The notes beneath the pieces were generated by a model. It worked only from the letters and a program-made list of their open reading frames with translations. It was not told where the DNA came from and did not search any database. DNA of 64,000 nt from the human T2T-CHM13v2.0 reference genome, Homo sapiens, in the NCBI RefSeq assembly GCF_009914755.1, contig NC_060937.1; one strand, written 5' to 3'. Within the stretch, counting starts at the first letter, position 1. Each line of letters begins with the position of its first letter. Both the position numbers and the translations under genes were made by a program. Shown piece after piece: positions 15,353-28,839 of the stretch.

Positions 15353-16652
15353 GGGGCAGTCTTTGAAGTTGCAAAGACTAGCGATCAGATCCCTGACACT
15401 TACCTCTCTTATTTCCAGTTTTCCAAACAGAAAAATGGAAATTTTCATGCATATCTTACAGGGATGTTGGGATAATTTATCATAATGTTTGTAGATACAC
15501 ATTGCTGGCACACAGTAAGTACGTATAAATGGTAGCCATTATTAAGAAAGAGATATCTTTAACTCATCTTTTTTTCCCCTCTGCCAGAGTTATTTCTCCA
15601 CAGCAATCATAATTCCAGTGTTTGTTCAGGAGGAAGGACAAACATCTATTTTTGAATTAGTTTTTTGGGGCTGCAAAGTGCCATGTGCTCTTGGTTTATC
15701 TTTCCTCATCGCCCAAGAATCTCCCATGCAACTCATCTGCTCTAAGTCAAACAGGGCTGCAAGAGGTCAGATCATGTGCAGAACAGATTGGAGCATTATC
15801 TGTCAGGCCACTGGGTCATTTACTAAGCCGTGGTGCTTTGCAAATATGAAGCATCTTGAGGAAAGGTTTATTAGACAATCTTTACTATGTCCTCACACTA
15901 ATGCCGCATTAATCATGCTGAATCGTGCAAGTACTCAAGTGTTTCATGAATAGGTGATTAATTAAGATATTATATGCAAGTGTCATATAGTATATGAGAA
16001 TTTTTATGGAAATCATTAACATTTCTATGAAAATTTCTCCTTGAGCCTATTTATAAATATATGTCTAAAGATGTGGTATCTCTGATATATAAATAAACTC
16101 TGTATATGTGTGTGTAAAGTGCTGGATGATGATTAAGATTTTTGTGCTGTGGGCTTAGATTATAAAGCTGGAAGCTAATACTGAAAATTTTTCCAAGTGT
16201 CATTAAAACTTAACACCATTTTTTTCAGTTTCAAAGAATAACTGACAAAATTGAACAAATCGAAAGTTTTATTGGCAGTAATATTGTGTTTCTTAAACTC
16301 TAGTTGCCTTGGTTACTCTTGGAATATTAAAATAATCTGGGCCTCTAGACCGTGAAAACTAGTCTCTATTTATTTTGGGCCCATGATGGTGCTAATTAAC
16401 CACTCTCTAGGGCATGTATGGAGGAAATGTATGTGCTGTCTAGAAGGAGGGATGGCTATGGAGCCAGCAGTTTTGGTGTCTGAGCTCCCCGGGAGAATCA
16501 TTATCTTTAAGACACACGAGTCCTTTCCTGAATGTTTCTGGTACACAAAGGCATATCATTGACCAGTTGTTTAAAATTACTATTTTACTTTTGTTTTATA
16601 TAGGTTGCCTATACTCCCTTAGAGTAACTTCCAAGATAAAATTACTATTTCA

Positions 16653-16937
16653 GGTCAGGTGCAGTGGCTCATGTCTGTAATCCCAGCACTTTGGGTGGCC
16701 GGAGCAGGGGGATCCCTTCAGCCTAGGAGTTCAAAAGCATCCTGGGCAACATAGGGAGACCTCGTCTCTACAAAAAATTAAAAAATTAGCCAGAAGGTGG
16801 TGTGTACCTATAGTCCCAGCTACTCAGGAGGCTAAGGCAGGAGGATTGCTAGACCCCAGGTAGAGACTGTAGTGAGCCGGGATCATGCTACTGCCCTCCA
16901 GCCTGGTGACAGAGTGAGACCAAAAAAAAAAAAAAAA
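16653..16937 (+). mobile_element. AluJ with TSD
   Basis: Diverged dimer; TSD aaaattactattt before (about 16638-16650) and after the tail. Confidence 0.92.
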
Positions 16938-16999
16938 TTACTATTTTAGAATAGAGAGCAGAAAGCACCTATTGATTCTAATACATGTCTGTTATGTTT

Positions 17000-17167
17000 A
17001 CTTTTTAATTTTTTATGATAGACTCAGGGTACATGTGCAGATTTGGTACATAGATATGTTGGGTAATGGTGAGGTTTGGGCTTCTACTGCACCCATCACC
17101 TGAATAGTGAACATTGTACCAAATAGATAATTTTTCAACCCTCACCCCATCTCACTCTCCCATTTTT
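17000..17167 (-). mobile_element. L1PB-like 3' end
   Basis: gggtacatgtgcagatttggtacatag...gcacccatcacctgaatagtgaacattgtaccaaatagataatttttcaaccctcacc. Confidence 0.85.
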
Positions 17168-17794
17168 GTTTTTTCCTAGTTAGAAGATTGTTATTATTAG
17201 CCGATCTGATTATTGCTCTCCACCCCATCCCCTTTCTCAGAGATAACCAGGGCTGAAACAGGCATGGTCATGGGGCACTTCTGAACAGGTGATGGTCCTC
17301 TCATGATTATTTCTGGCCTGCTGTTGTACCTAGCACTGCAAAGGGCTGCAACCTTATCCTAGAATCAGCATATCAGAGTTGAAATGAAACTGAAGATTTT
17401 GCTGAGCTCTGCCCGCCTTTTACAGATTAGGTGACTGAGGGTCAGAGAAATGGGATTTTGACTGGGAGTTTCTCATGTCCAGTGTGGCATTTTTTTTTTT
17501 CTCATTCTGGATTAGAGTGAGGCAAATACTGCCTTTTCCATGTAAACCAGAGTCCCTTATTTAAATAACACTGCTATAGGAAAACTGTTTGGTAGCATTG
17601 GAATGTTAGAAGTTGTCTTGATAGAGTTACGAGGCATAGAATCCCAGAGTCGTTTGGAATCACAGAGCGGAAAGGATCCCTGAGCAAGTGTATAACCCAT
17701 CACGCTGCCTTCAGGCTCCAGCAGGAGCGTTTTTAATACTGTGCATGCTTGCTGCTGATGTCTTTGCAACCATGAGCCCTCAAAGGTGTGGGGA

Positions 17795-18078
17795 GCCAGG
17801 CACCTGTAGTCTCAGCTACTCAGAGGGCTGAGGTGGCAGGATCGCATGAGCCCAGGAGTTCTGGGCTGTAGTGTGCTGTGCCAATCGGGTGTCCGCACTA
17901 AGTTTAGCATCAATAGGATGACCTCCTGGGAGCAGGGACCACCAGGTTGCCTAAGAAGTGTTGACATGGCCTGGGGCCAAATGGAGCTGATCAAAACTCC
18001 TGTGCTGATCAGTAGTAGGATACACCTGTGAATAGCCACTGCACTCCCGCCTGGACAACATAGCAAGACCCCGTGTCT
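17795..18078 (+). pseudogene. 7SL (SRP) RNA retropseudogene
   Basis: Contains the S domain absent from Alu: gggctgtagtgtgctgtgccaatcgggtgtccgcactaagtt...accaccaggttgcctaag...tcaaaactcctgtgctgatcagtagt...tgtgaatagccactgcactcc; followed by an A-rich tail. Confidence 0.95.
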
Positions 18079-19146
18079 TAACAAACAAACAAAAATAAGA
18101 TAAAATTTTTTAAACAGTGAGGGGCTACAGATGTGAGGAGAACATGGCTCAGAAGAAAGGGTATTTGTTTAAATCAGTCTGTTTTGTTTATTTACCATAT
18201 TAACCAACCCAGTTAGAATTATTGCCTGTTATATTGTTGAAGGATGGGAAGAAGAATCAGAACTTGCTTATGATAAAAATAAACCACCTGATTTGTATTT
18301 TAAAGTGCTCCCATTTGTGTTGTTTCATGACCATCACATAATCCACACTGATAATATAAGTGTTTAATTGACTAGCAGTTAATACAATCAAGAGTAAACA
18401 ACACAAGAGGGGAAGAGGGATAAATGACACCGGGTGCTGTATCTTTCCCATCAGCCACTTATATTCAATCTGCACCACCAGGTGGGGAAGGTATTGTTAG
18501 CATCTTACAGATAAGGACACCAGGAACCAGGAAAGTTTGATGTCCTTCTTAAGGTGACGCAGTTAATAAGTGGTCATGCTAGGATTCGAATCTGGGCTGC
18601 TGCCGCCAATGGAAGAGAAAACTTTAAATAGAGAATAGCAACTTGATGTCAGAGTAGCACAGCCTACTTACATTCTCTTCCTCTTGCCTAAAAATAAGTC
18701 ATTTCATGTGATCCTGTTAGTGAGCTTTTCCTGCAGGGGCAATGAGGCAGCCAAGCAATTTTCTAAAGTCTGCAGATCTCCAGAAGTTTAAAAATGGTGG
18801 GAGAGAGGGTTTTTTTTACAAAAGCTAACACCTGGAGAAAAGCTGATGAGTAAGGAAAATCTTAGGACTCAGATTGATAAAGACCTCACTGGAACTGTCA
18901 TGGGGAACTCATTGCTACAGAGGAGGAAAATGGAGATGAGAAAACAGTGAACCCATTTGACTGCATTACTGATAGGCACAGGAAGTGGTAGAAATGCTAT
19001 TGGGTTGTGAAAGCTCAAAAACCAAAATGAAAAATTGGACAATTGATAGCAAGTGAGGCCTTGATGTAGCACAGAAACGTGGTGGAGGAAACTGTATTGA
19101 ATTTCTGGAAGTAGGAATGCCAGATCAAGGGGTTTATATTATTTAA

Positions 19147-19181
19147 AACACACGCGCACGTGCGCACACACACACACACAC
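19147..19181 (+). repeat. (CA)n/(CG) microsatellite
   Basis: acacacgcgcacgtgcgcacacacacacacacac. Confidence 0.9.
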
Positions 19182-19855
19182 GTAGGCCAATTGGATTGTA
19201 CTGAAATTATTTTAAAAATGTTTGGGAAAGATTTAATCTCAGGTCATGCTGATAAGTGGAACTTTATCCACATATAGATTAGTTAGATACCTTTTTATGA
19301 AGAAATGTTGAAGCTATATTTTTGGTGAAGACCACAAAATCCCATAATTTTAGAATCAGCTATGATAGGAAATGCTCAGATGTTAAATTAAAAGGTGAAT
19401 ATTATTTTAAAAATATGAAACCTTAGAGAGAATGGTTGAGAACAAAGTACCCATGAACATGAAATTCTGAATTTCCATGCATTTATCTTTAACCATCTCC
19501 TTCCACCTTCCTCGACCCTTTCTCACCCCTCATCCTTGCATCTGTCCTGCGTGAGTGGTTTCTCAGGTCAAAATGTCTTTTCTTTCTTTGGCGACAGGGA
19601 AGCATGGCCCAGCTGCAGGGCTGTACTTACGGAATGGAATTGCCCTCCCAGAGTTTCCTTTGCAGAATTCTTTGATTTGGTGTCCAGGATGCTTGCTCAG
19701 ACCTCTCGGGTTATCGGGATATATTTTCTTTGACAATATTCTTCTCCCAGTGGGACCCAGCCAATCTCATACTATATTTGAACTTTGTAGCAAATTATAA
19801 GTTTTGTTTTCTGGCCTCAACATGCAGTATTGTGGTTTTTCTCTAACTCCTGTGG

Positions 19856-20678
19856 CAGAGGTTCTCAGAATTCATCAGTTCATGGAGCCCTGAGTTTCTC
19901 AGTAATTCATTTCAACAAATAAATTTAATTGTTCTGCTTATTAAGTAGTTAGGGTCAAAGCACTTAATGAGTAGTTATGTCCTAGCAATTATAGCTGTTT
20001 GAGAAATTAATAGACATAGATTGAAAGAAAAAATATTTATATTTAATTCATAAATAACTACAATTACTTACTAAGGGAATATGGTTTCTTGTTGAGCCCT
20101 GCACAACTTCACAAACCTCGTGTTCTAATAATTATGGCTGTTTGAGAAATTAATAGACATAGATTGAAAGAAAAAATATTTATATTTAATTCATAAATAA
20201 CTACAATTACTTACTAAGGGAATATGGTTTCTTTTTGAGCCCTGCACAACTTCACAAACCTCATGTTCTAATAATTATGGCTGTTTGAGAAATTAATAGA
20301 CATAGATTGAAAGAAAAAATATTTGTATTTAATTCATAAATAACTACAATTACTCACAAATGAAATATGTGTACTTGTTGAGTCCTGCACAGCCTCACAA
20401 ACTTTGAAATCATATTGGACGCCCTCAACCTCATTTTTCATTCCACAGTGATCTTCATGTGGATACTTGCCTTTTATCACTTCAACTGCCAAAACCCAGC
20501 TTTGCAAGGCAATGACATCATCAAAGGGTATATCATGCAGTCCAGTGTTGAAACCATGAACCATCTTGAGGTAGTAACTTCTGCAGTGTCTGTCAGATAG
20601 GGCTGTGCTTTCTTCAGAAATTAAAAAGCCCTGTGAGTTCACCATAGTGGCTTAAAGTGTACAGTTTGAGAATCACTA
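19856..20678. mobile_element. MER119-like hAT-Charlie non-autonomous DNA transposon with internal triplication
   Basis: Termini cagaggttctcag... / ...cagtttgagaatcact; internal ttattaagtagttagg and aaaacccagctttgcaa match my recollection of the MER119 consensus; 8-bp TSD not recognisable. Confidence 0.75.
19978..20406 (+). repeat. Tandem repeat, 3 x 143 bp
   Basis: gctgtttgagaaattaatagacatagattgaaag recurs at 19994, 20137 and 20280. Confidence 0.97.
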
Positions 20679-21079
20679 ATGAATCCACTTAGCATTGGGT
20701 CCTCTTATTACTTTCCTGTTACTTACTCTGAACAGATATACTATCTTGATTTTATAACAAACATTTGCTATTTCTTTGTACTAGGAACATAGTAACACTT
20801 TATCAGAGTAACACTTTAATTGTAAATAAATTATTATTTACAATTGCTATTATAAGTATTTTCCAAACTTCCTTAAAACAGTCACTGTAGAGTTCAGTCC
20901 ACAAGTGGCTCAGGTGCATCTTATTTCTCGTGTTAGAAAAGATCTGATATAGTTAGGGATGAAAAGGAGAAAGCAGAAGAACACAACAAATTCTTTATCT
21001 TAACCTCTAAAGGTGTTGCTTACATTGTCTTTTAATATTGAGCAAATAGTGAAAAGTATTAATGTAATAGACACAGAAA

Positions 21080-21560
21080 AATAATAATACTTATCTCTCA
21101 GTAGGTGCCTGCTTTTTGCCAAAGTGCCAAGAATTTTACATGTTATCTCATTTAAATCCTATCAGCAGTACTCTTCATTCAAGCATGCATTCAAGAAAAT
21201 GGATTGAGCAGCTGCTATTTGCCAAATTTTGTTTTAAGGGCTGCAGATAAAGATGTGAACAAAGTAGGTAGAACCCTATTCTCAAGAAATGTACAATCTA
21301 GTGTTGGAGACAGGCAACAAACAAAGAAAAGAATAGATATACAGAGTCATTGCTGATAGATATATGTGCTGTGATGAAGAAAATAAATCAGATAAAAGAG
21401 AAAGAGAATGATAAATATGTCATTTTAGATAGTCAGGGATGTATCTCTGTAAACTAGGTGTGATTATCATCATTTTACAGAAGAAGAAACTGAGTCTCCC
21501 AGAGATTAAGTGACTTGTTCATGATAGCACCATTAGCAAAGATCCTTCCTAGGATTCAAG
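21080..21560 (-). mobile_element. MIR (about 21080-21170 and 21450-21560) split by an L2a 3' end (about 21175-21440)
   Basis: ttcattcaagcatgcattcaagaaaatggattgagcagctgctatttgcc (L2 tail); attatcatcattttacagaagaagaaactgag...gattaagtgacttg (MIR). Confidence 0.7.
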
Positions 21561-22359
21561 TTGCCCTAACAAGGAATTGGTGCTACTCAAAAGTCTTGAA
21601 CTAATTCGAGGATAAAATTATTAACATATTTTTCTAAGTGTGTGAATTGATATGTCATTGTGTCTGAGCATCTGAGAATTTCTACCATTAACTCCCATCT
21701 ATAAAGAGCTTGAGAGCTACAGAAAGATCAGTCTCATTTACGTACTTACCAAGGAGATAAAACCTATTATAAGAGAGGTGGAATCATCGAATACTCAAGC
21801 AAACATTGCCTAGTGTAATCAAGTGAAATCATTTCTTTGAGGACAAACAAGACTTACCTGCTATAGCAGACTTCTTTGAATAGGCAGAGTCACAGGTTGT
21901 AAAAAAAAAAAAAAAAAAAAAAAAATGGAGTCCAGAGGATAGTAATATTTACTTAGTTCAAGAAAGAGAGATCATTTTCATTTTAATTGGCGCCTAGTAA
22001 ATAAGAAAAAAAATCAATTGAGGATTGCATTCCAAATTAAGCACCTTAATTTCTCTTTGTGTGTGTGTGTGTGGATAGTAATGTATTTGTATTATTATGG
22101 TTAGTTACATGGCAAAGAGAGCAAGAGAGTGATGGACAGAAGGAGGCTGAGTTAGCTCCAAAGGGCATGTGTAATCTGTAGGTAAACCATACTTGTCACA
22201 CTGTGTTTTGGGCATCAAAGTAAATTATCACCTGTTAATACTACTTTTGGAAGGCTTTTAACAGATAGGAACAGTTGTCAGTTCCTTGGTGCTCTGGGAA
22301 ACAGGTTATAAGTGAAAGCATGTAAATACTAGCTAATCATCATTTTATTCATTCTCATA

Positions 22360-24040
22360 TTTTATTTCCAATGCAACTATTATGAAAAAATTCTAAGCAT
22401 ACAGAATGGCATTACATAAAGACTATACAGCTTCCCAATGCCAGCTCCACTCCTCAGAGGCAATCACTTCCAGATTTTTCTGCCTATATGTTTATAATAT
22501 TCTATATAATGCGTTATATGTTTATCCCCTGATTTTTCAACTTCAGATAATATCTCTTGAATCCCTATCATGAAAGAGGAATTTATCTCACACATCTTTC
22601 CCTCTTCCCTCCAAATTTTTTAGATATTTAATTAATTTATTTATTGAGATGGGGTCTTACTATGTCACCCAGGCTGGCTTTAAACTCCTGGGCCCAAGCA
22701 ATTCTCCCACTTCAGTCTCCCAAGTAACCTGGCATTTCAGGTACATGCCACCATGCCTGGTATAGTAGATATATTATTTTTGGATCTTTGGTTGGGGTTC
22801 CTAACTTTAAATGTACACCTATATACAACTTTCTCTCTCCCCATTTTTAGTTCAATTGCTCATATTATCAGGATTTATATATTTAAATTCTTTTCTAAAC
22901 TATGTTTAAATGCTTAAAAACTGAAAACCAATAAGGAACATTTACAATATTATGATCAAATAAATATTATTTACTGTAGAATCCACTGTATGATTGGACC
23001 TTCAGAGAATATAGTCTTACAGAATGGATCTCTTACTTCTTAGTTATAGTCAAAAGATATTTCTCTCTCTCTTGAAAAAGATGTGTATTCCTCAGAACCA
23101 AATTTAGGCCATGGCTTTTGGGTACAACTTTCTGTTTTTCCTGGTGTTTCTAATAGTGTTGCTTTAGGTTTGTAGACACAATGAAGATAAGCATTCTTTA
23201 CCATACCATTAAATCTTCCAGTTTAAAAAATTATGGCTTTTATTAAGTGAAATGTATTCTTGGATTTATTATTTTTGGGTTTGCATGCCTGTCATTCTAG
23301 AATTTTTTCATGACTGCTTAATTAGTCTTACCGTTTCTTGGATCCCCTATACTCCCTTTTTTTGAAATCCTTTATGTAATTTTCTCATAAGATACATGCC
23401 AATGTTCTTACGTTTGTGTAAATGTCTTTATTTTGCCCTCTCATTTAATATTTGATTTGAAATGAAAGTTCGGGTGAGTGGAAATGCAGAGGCTTGAACT
23501 GATTTTCCCGGGAGCGTGTGCACTTTCCCATCGTCTGATGTTGTTCGTGAGCAGTCTGATACCTAGCTCCTTTCCTTTTGTAACAGTTTTTTTTTCTTTT
23601 GAAGATTTTAAAATATTCTCTTTATCTTTGATATGTGAAGTTTCACAAGGCTGGGTCAGGTTGGATTTCTGTTTGACACTTGCTGGTTCCTTTCGGTTCA
23701 ATATCATCAGCCCTGGGAAGTGATTGTTTTTTTAAAAAAAATATTTCTGCCTTTTTTTTGTTCTTTTTTTTCCCTGAAATTCTTATTAGATAGTTGCAGG
23801 ATCTGAATGGATCCCACAGACCTATGAACTTTTCTCACATACTTTTAACCTTTTTGTGTATTATTTTATGTTTTGTGTAATTACTTCAACTTAATCTTCT
23901 AGCCTTTCTAGTGAATTTGGCAAAAAAAAAAAAAAAATCTAATTTCCCCTCTTGTTCTCTTACTTCTCACATCTTCAAAGCGGTTTATTCTTGTTTTATG
24001 GCTGCAGTATCCTCTTGATTCTCTCTGAGGATATGAATTA
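22360..24040 (-). mobile_element. Old L1M fragments including an ORF1 remnant
   Basis: Minus-strand ORF 23441-23707 reads KDKENILKSSKEKKTVT, resembling the L1 ORF1p KEKILKAAREK..VT motif; flanks are antisense-L1-like. Confidence 0.6.
22630..22761 (-). mobile_element. FLAM-type Alu monomer
   Basis: gagatggggtcttactatgtcacccaggctgg...aactcctgggcccaagcaattctccc...gccaccatgcctgg. Confidence 0.85.
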
Positions 24041-24050
24041 GGTTTTAAAA

Positions 24051-24353
24051 TTATTCTTTCTTTTTTTTTTTCTTTTTGAGACGGAGTCTTGCTCTGTTGC
24101 CCAGGCTGGCGTGCAGTGGTGCAATCTCAGCTCACTGCAGCCTCTGCCTTTTGGGTTCAAGTGATTCTCAGCCTCCCAAGTAGCTGGGACTGCAGGTGTG
24201 CACCACCATGCCTGGCTAATTTTTTGTATTTTTAGTAGAGACGGGGTTTTACCATGTTGGCCAGGTTGGTCTTGAACTCCTGACCTCAGGTGATCCACCT
24301 GCCTCCGCCTCTCAAGGTGCTGGGATTACAGGAGTGAGGCACCATTCCTGGCC
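24051..24353 (-). mobile_element. AluSx-like SINE
   Basis: Full dimer, cctgacctcaggtgatccacc. Confidence 0.93.
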
Positions 24354-24479
24354 AAATATATTTAAATCTATGATTTTATAATAAAACAAATAACTTTGCT
24401 CAACCAAAAAGAAAACCAAAAACAAACAACCTTTCCTCACACAACTCATCAATTACCTCTGTAAGATACAACACTCATT

Positions 24480-26490
24480 TTTTGAAAGTTGTTTAATAAA
24501 GGAAAAGAACTGAGGTGTGTCATGCGTTTCTTATATAAACAGTACCTAAGGATAATCAAATATTTGATGAGAGGAAGTTTATAGAAGTATTCTAGATAAT
24601 AAATGGAGGAATGATAGAATAAGGATATAATTCTGATGGAACCCTAATGAATACCTTGTTCTAGGCAGTGATTATCAATGGTTGCTAACTTTGGAAAAAG
24701 AAGGAAAACCAGACCTTAGGTACCTTGTAAGAGAAGTACATACACCATCTTTGAAGTGGTCTTGCCAAAAAAAAAAAAATTGAACCCAAATCAGGTCATG
24801 CTTCCAACAAACCTGTCCACATACAAGAAATATGGACAATAGTGGAATGTATTGTGACATCATGAGGTGGCAATCCACAAAATCCAAACTTTGAGAAACT
24901 CTATGGGACAAATGGTTTTCTTCAACAAATTTAAATTGCAGGGAAGCAAAAAGAGATGGAAAGAAGCAATTGCAACAAAGCAAAAATTGACAAGTGGGAT
25001 CTAATTACACTTAAGAGCTTCTGCACAGCAAAAGAAACTGTCAACAATGTAAACAGACAACCTACAGAATGGGAGAAAATATTTGCAAACTATCCATCTG
25101 ACAAAGGTCTAATATCCAGCATCTATAAAGAACTTAAACAAATTTACAAGAGAAAAACAAACAACCCTGTTAAAAAGTGGGCAAAGACATGAGCAGACAC
25201 TTCTGAAAAGAAGACATACACGCGGCCAACTAGCATATGAAAAAAGCTCAATATCACTGATCATTAGAGAAATGCAAATCAAAACCACAATGAGATACCA
25301 TCTCATGCCAGTCAGAATGGCTATTATTAAAAAGTTGAAAAATAACAGATGCGGGTGAGGTTGTGGAGAAAAGAGGAATGCTTTTACAGTGTTGGTGTGA
25401 GTGTAAATTAGTTCAACCATTGTGGAAAGCAGTATGGCGATTCCTCAAAGAGCCAAAAGCAGAACTGCCATTTAACCCAGCAGTCCCATTACTGGGTATA
25501 TACTCAGATTAATGTAAATCATTCTACCATAAAGACACATGCACATAAATGTTCATCACAGCACTATTCACAATAGCAAAGACATGGAATCCACCTAAAT
25601 GCCCATCAATGACAGATTGGATAAGGAAAATGTGGTACATATTCACAATGTAATATTATGCCACCATAATAAAGAATGAGATCATGTCCTTTGAGGGAAC
25701 GTGGATGAAGCTAGAGGCCATTATCCTTAGCAAACTAATGCAGGAACAGAAAACCAAATACTGCATGTTCTTATCTAAATGATAAGAACTGAATGATAAG
25801 CTAAATAATAAGAATGATATGAACCCAAAGAAGGAAACAACAGATATGGGGGTCTTGTTTTGTAGGGAGGGTGGGAGGAGGGAGAGGATCGGAGAATATA
25901 ACTGTTGGGTACTGGGCTTAATACCTGGGTGATGGAATATTAATAATATGTGCAACAAACCTGCATGACACATACCTACCCCCGAACCTAAAATAAAAGT
26001 TAAAAATAAATAAATAAAATTAAAAAAATAAAAAGATACAGAAAGGAAATCTGTACAGTATAAGAAACCAAGAGACTTATCAACCAGTCATAATGTATGC
26101 TCCTTGTTTTGGAACCCAATTCAAATAAACAATTGTGGTTTTAAAATGATCATTTATAGGACAATTCAACACTGAGTGATGATATCAAGAAATTTTTGAT
26201 TTGGGGAGGACTGTGATTTAGGTATTGTGGTTATCATTGCAAAGGGGAGGCCTTATCTTTTAGAGATGTATAACTATATGTTTACTGATGGAGTGTTTTG
26301 GTATCTGGGAATTTCTAAACAATTATGTGGGTTGAGGAAATAAGTTGAGGTGGATAGGGTACAAGATTGGCCACGAATTAATACTTCTGAGGCTGAATAT
26401 TGGATACATGGGAGTATATTATATTATCCTTTTGAACCTTTTATATGTTTGGAATATTTTTATAAGTATAAAATAATACAAAATAAAAAA
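24480..26490 (+). mobile_element. L1MC-like 3' UTR split by a younger L1 (pieces about 24480-24960 and 26031-26490)
   Basis: ctaggcagtgattatcaatggttgctaac; caatccacaaaatccaaactttgagaaactcta; ccttatcttttagagatgtataact. Confidence 0.65.
24964..26030 (+). mobile_element. L1PA13-16-like 3' fragment (ORF2 C-terminus and 3' UTR)
   Basis: Translates to [21 protein letters not shown]...[26 protein letters not shown]; 3' end gggtactgggcttaatacctgggtgatg and A-rich tail. Confidence 0.93.
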
Positions 26491-28040
26491 CTAGTTTGGG
26501 TTAAAATTGAGTAGCAAGAATGGATTTCTTTGGCGATTCAGTGGGCCTTCTTCTCTGTGATGAGGGCTGACTTTGGGCTCCATGTTGATTGGTGGGGACT
26601 TTAAACTGGCCAACTTCACTTGAGGGTGTTTGAGGTATGCACTGCTTTTTCAAATGCCAAAAGAAGGAGGGCTTCACTTTTCAGGGACCAACTTCTACCC
26701 TGGAACTATACACTACGCTGGTAAATTTTTTGCAGTGTAGATCTCATGCTTCCTCTTGGGGCAAATGTCTTGGTTGTCTGTCTAGCTGTGAGGGTGAGAA
26801 GTGTTCTTAAAAAAGCCTTTCTGTAAGTTAGCCTGATTACCATTCTGCGGTGCACTGGGGATACTTTCTACCTGAGATCTCTTAGGTTGGAGTGAATCTC
26901 TCTGTTTCTAAGCATCATTCCTATCAGATGCCCATAGGATGGCTTTGTCCTTGCTCTTTGGGAGACAGGAATGTTTCTTCATAGATGGGGAGTAAAGAAT
27001 AGGGAAGGCTGGAATCACCCCCTGGGCACAGACACCACTGCCCCATTGAGCACATATCTGATGAAATTAAAATGAAAGCTGGATCTTTCATTTAGATTAC
27101 TGAAAGTTATTGACCAGGTTTTATATAAAAGAATATTTTCAAAACCTGAATTACATTGGCATTGGGCCAAATACTAAGAAATGGAGAGATTTACTAACAC
27201 AAACACTAACATTTACTAAAACAACACAGAGCATCTCAGAATTTTAAATAAGTAATCGGGAACCAGGTTGGAACAGTGAAATTTTTAGACTGGGAAATAC
27301 CAGACTCCACTAAGTAGTAAAATGCTGAAGTGGTTGGTATAAAGTTAAATGATGACTATCTCTCAAAATAGTGGGTAGAAAAGAGAGTTGAGTGTGAGTG
27401 TGCCATGGCCAAGGTACCTTCAAAAAAAGAAATCCAGACTATATTTTTAACAGATGGGACCCCATTTAATATAGGTTCTGTTACCACAGTAATAGGACTG
27501 CATTCCTGAAGGTCACTATTGACCATCAGCAAAAACATCAGCAAACTCCCTGCATCAGTAACTAAACGCTATCCTTTTTAGTCTCTTAGCTGCAAACCAG
27601 CATTATCTTTATAATCCCCACTGAAGTTTCTGATAATGCCATCTTTTCACTCCTTGAGCTCATCACCTTGGAGTCATTCATTTATTTACTCGTCCATTCA
27701 CCATGTATTTATCAGTGCCTGGAATCTACGAAGCTCTGTGCTGGGCCCACTGTGGGGAACAAGATAAATGTAGTTCCTGCATTCACAGAGTTAATAGTCT
27801 TGCAAAGATCATTCACGGCCTCTTCTTCTCCTTTTGGGCCAACATGCGGGAGACTATTACTAAGTCAGTCTCTTGCATATTATCACCTGTTACTTAGCAT
27901 CTCTAAAACACTCCTCACTACAGTCTGTCTTAGATTATACTTATGAGTCTATCTCTTCCATTAGATTAGGAATAGCAATCATTTATTATGTAATTTTTTC
28001 CCACCTTTCATATCTTTACTTATGTTTTGTGTTTCCTGCT

Positions 28041-28355
<315 letters not shown>

Positions 28356-28839
28356 TGTGTTTCCTGCTTTTAGGATGCAATTGTGTGATTTCCCAACTAT
28401 GCGGACATACACACGCACACACACACACACGCCAACCAACTAAACTCATGTGCATTAGTCAGGGGCTCTAAAACAGATGACCAAATGCCTAAAGCTACAC
28501 TTTTGCTCTCTGAGCCTGTAGCTTGATCCCTTCCTCCATATTAGCCAGTTTTTCCTACCAGGAAGAGAATGAAAATTACATCTCTCTTTCTTCTCTGATC
28601 CTAGGAATTATTGTTAGAAATCTTCCACCTCAATTCCAAGTTTTTGTTGTTCTTGTTGCTTTCGAAAAGAAAAAAAGCTTTTATTCATAAAACTTTAGAG
28701 ATTTTTGCTAGAAAGACAGCAAAATAAATAAGGAAGGGCTAATAAATATTTATTAAACTTTTCAGCTGTTTTTAATGATATCAAAAGAATCTTGCAAACA
28801 GTGAGATTAATTGTTTAATTAATTAATTTTGACATCAAA

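Noticed and set aside
18470-18490. CTCF-like ccaccaggtggg
   Set aside because: Mismatch at the conserved GGCG/GGCA end; insufficient without ChIP data
19978-20406. Regularly spaced repeats suggesting a CRISPR-like array
   Set aside because: Units are contiguous 143-bp copies with no unique spacers, inside a mammalian DNA transposon
21744-21925. Two strong - strand donors (GTAAGT) near an A25 tract
   Set aside because: No convincing matching acceptor or frame; the implied 16-nt exon is out of frame
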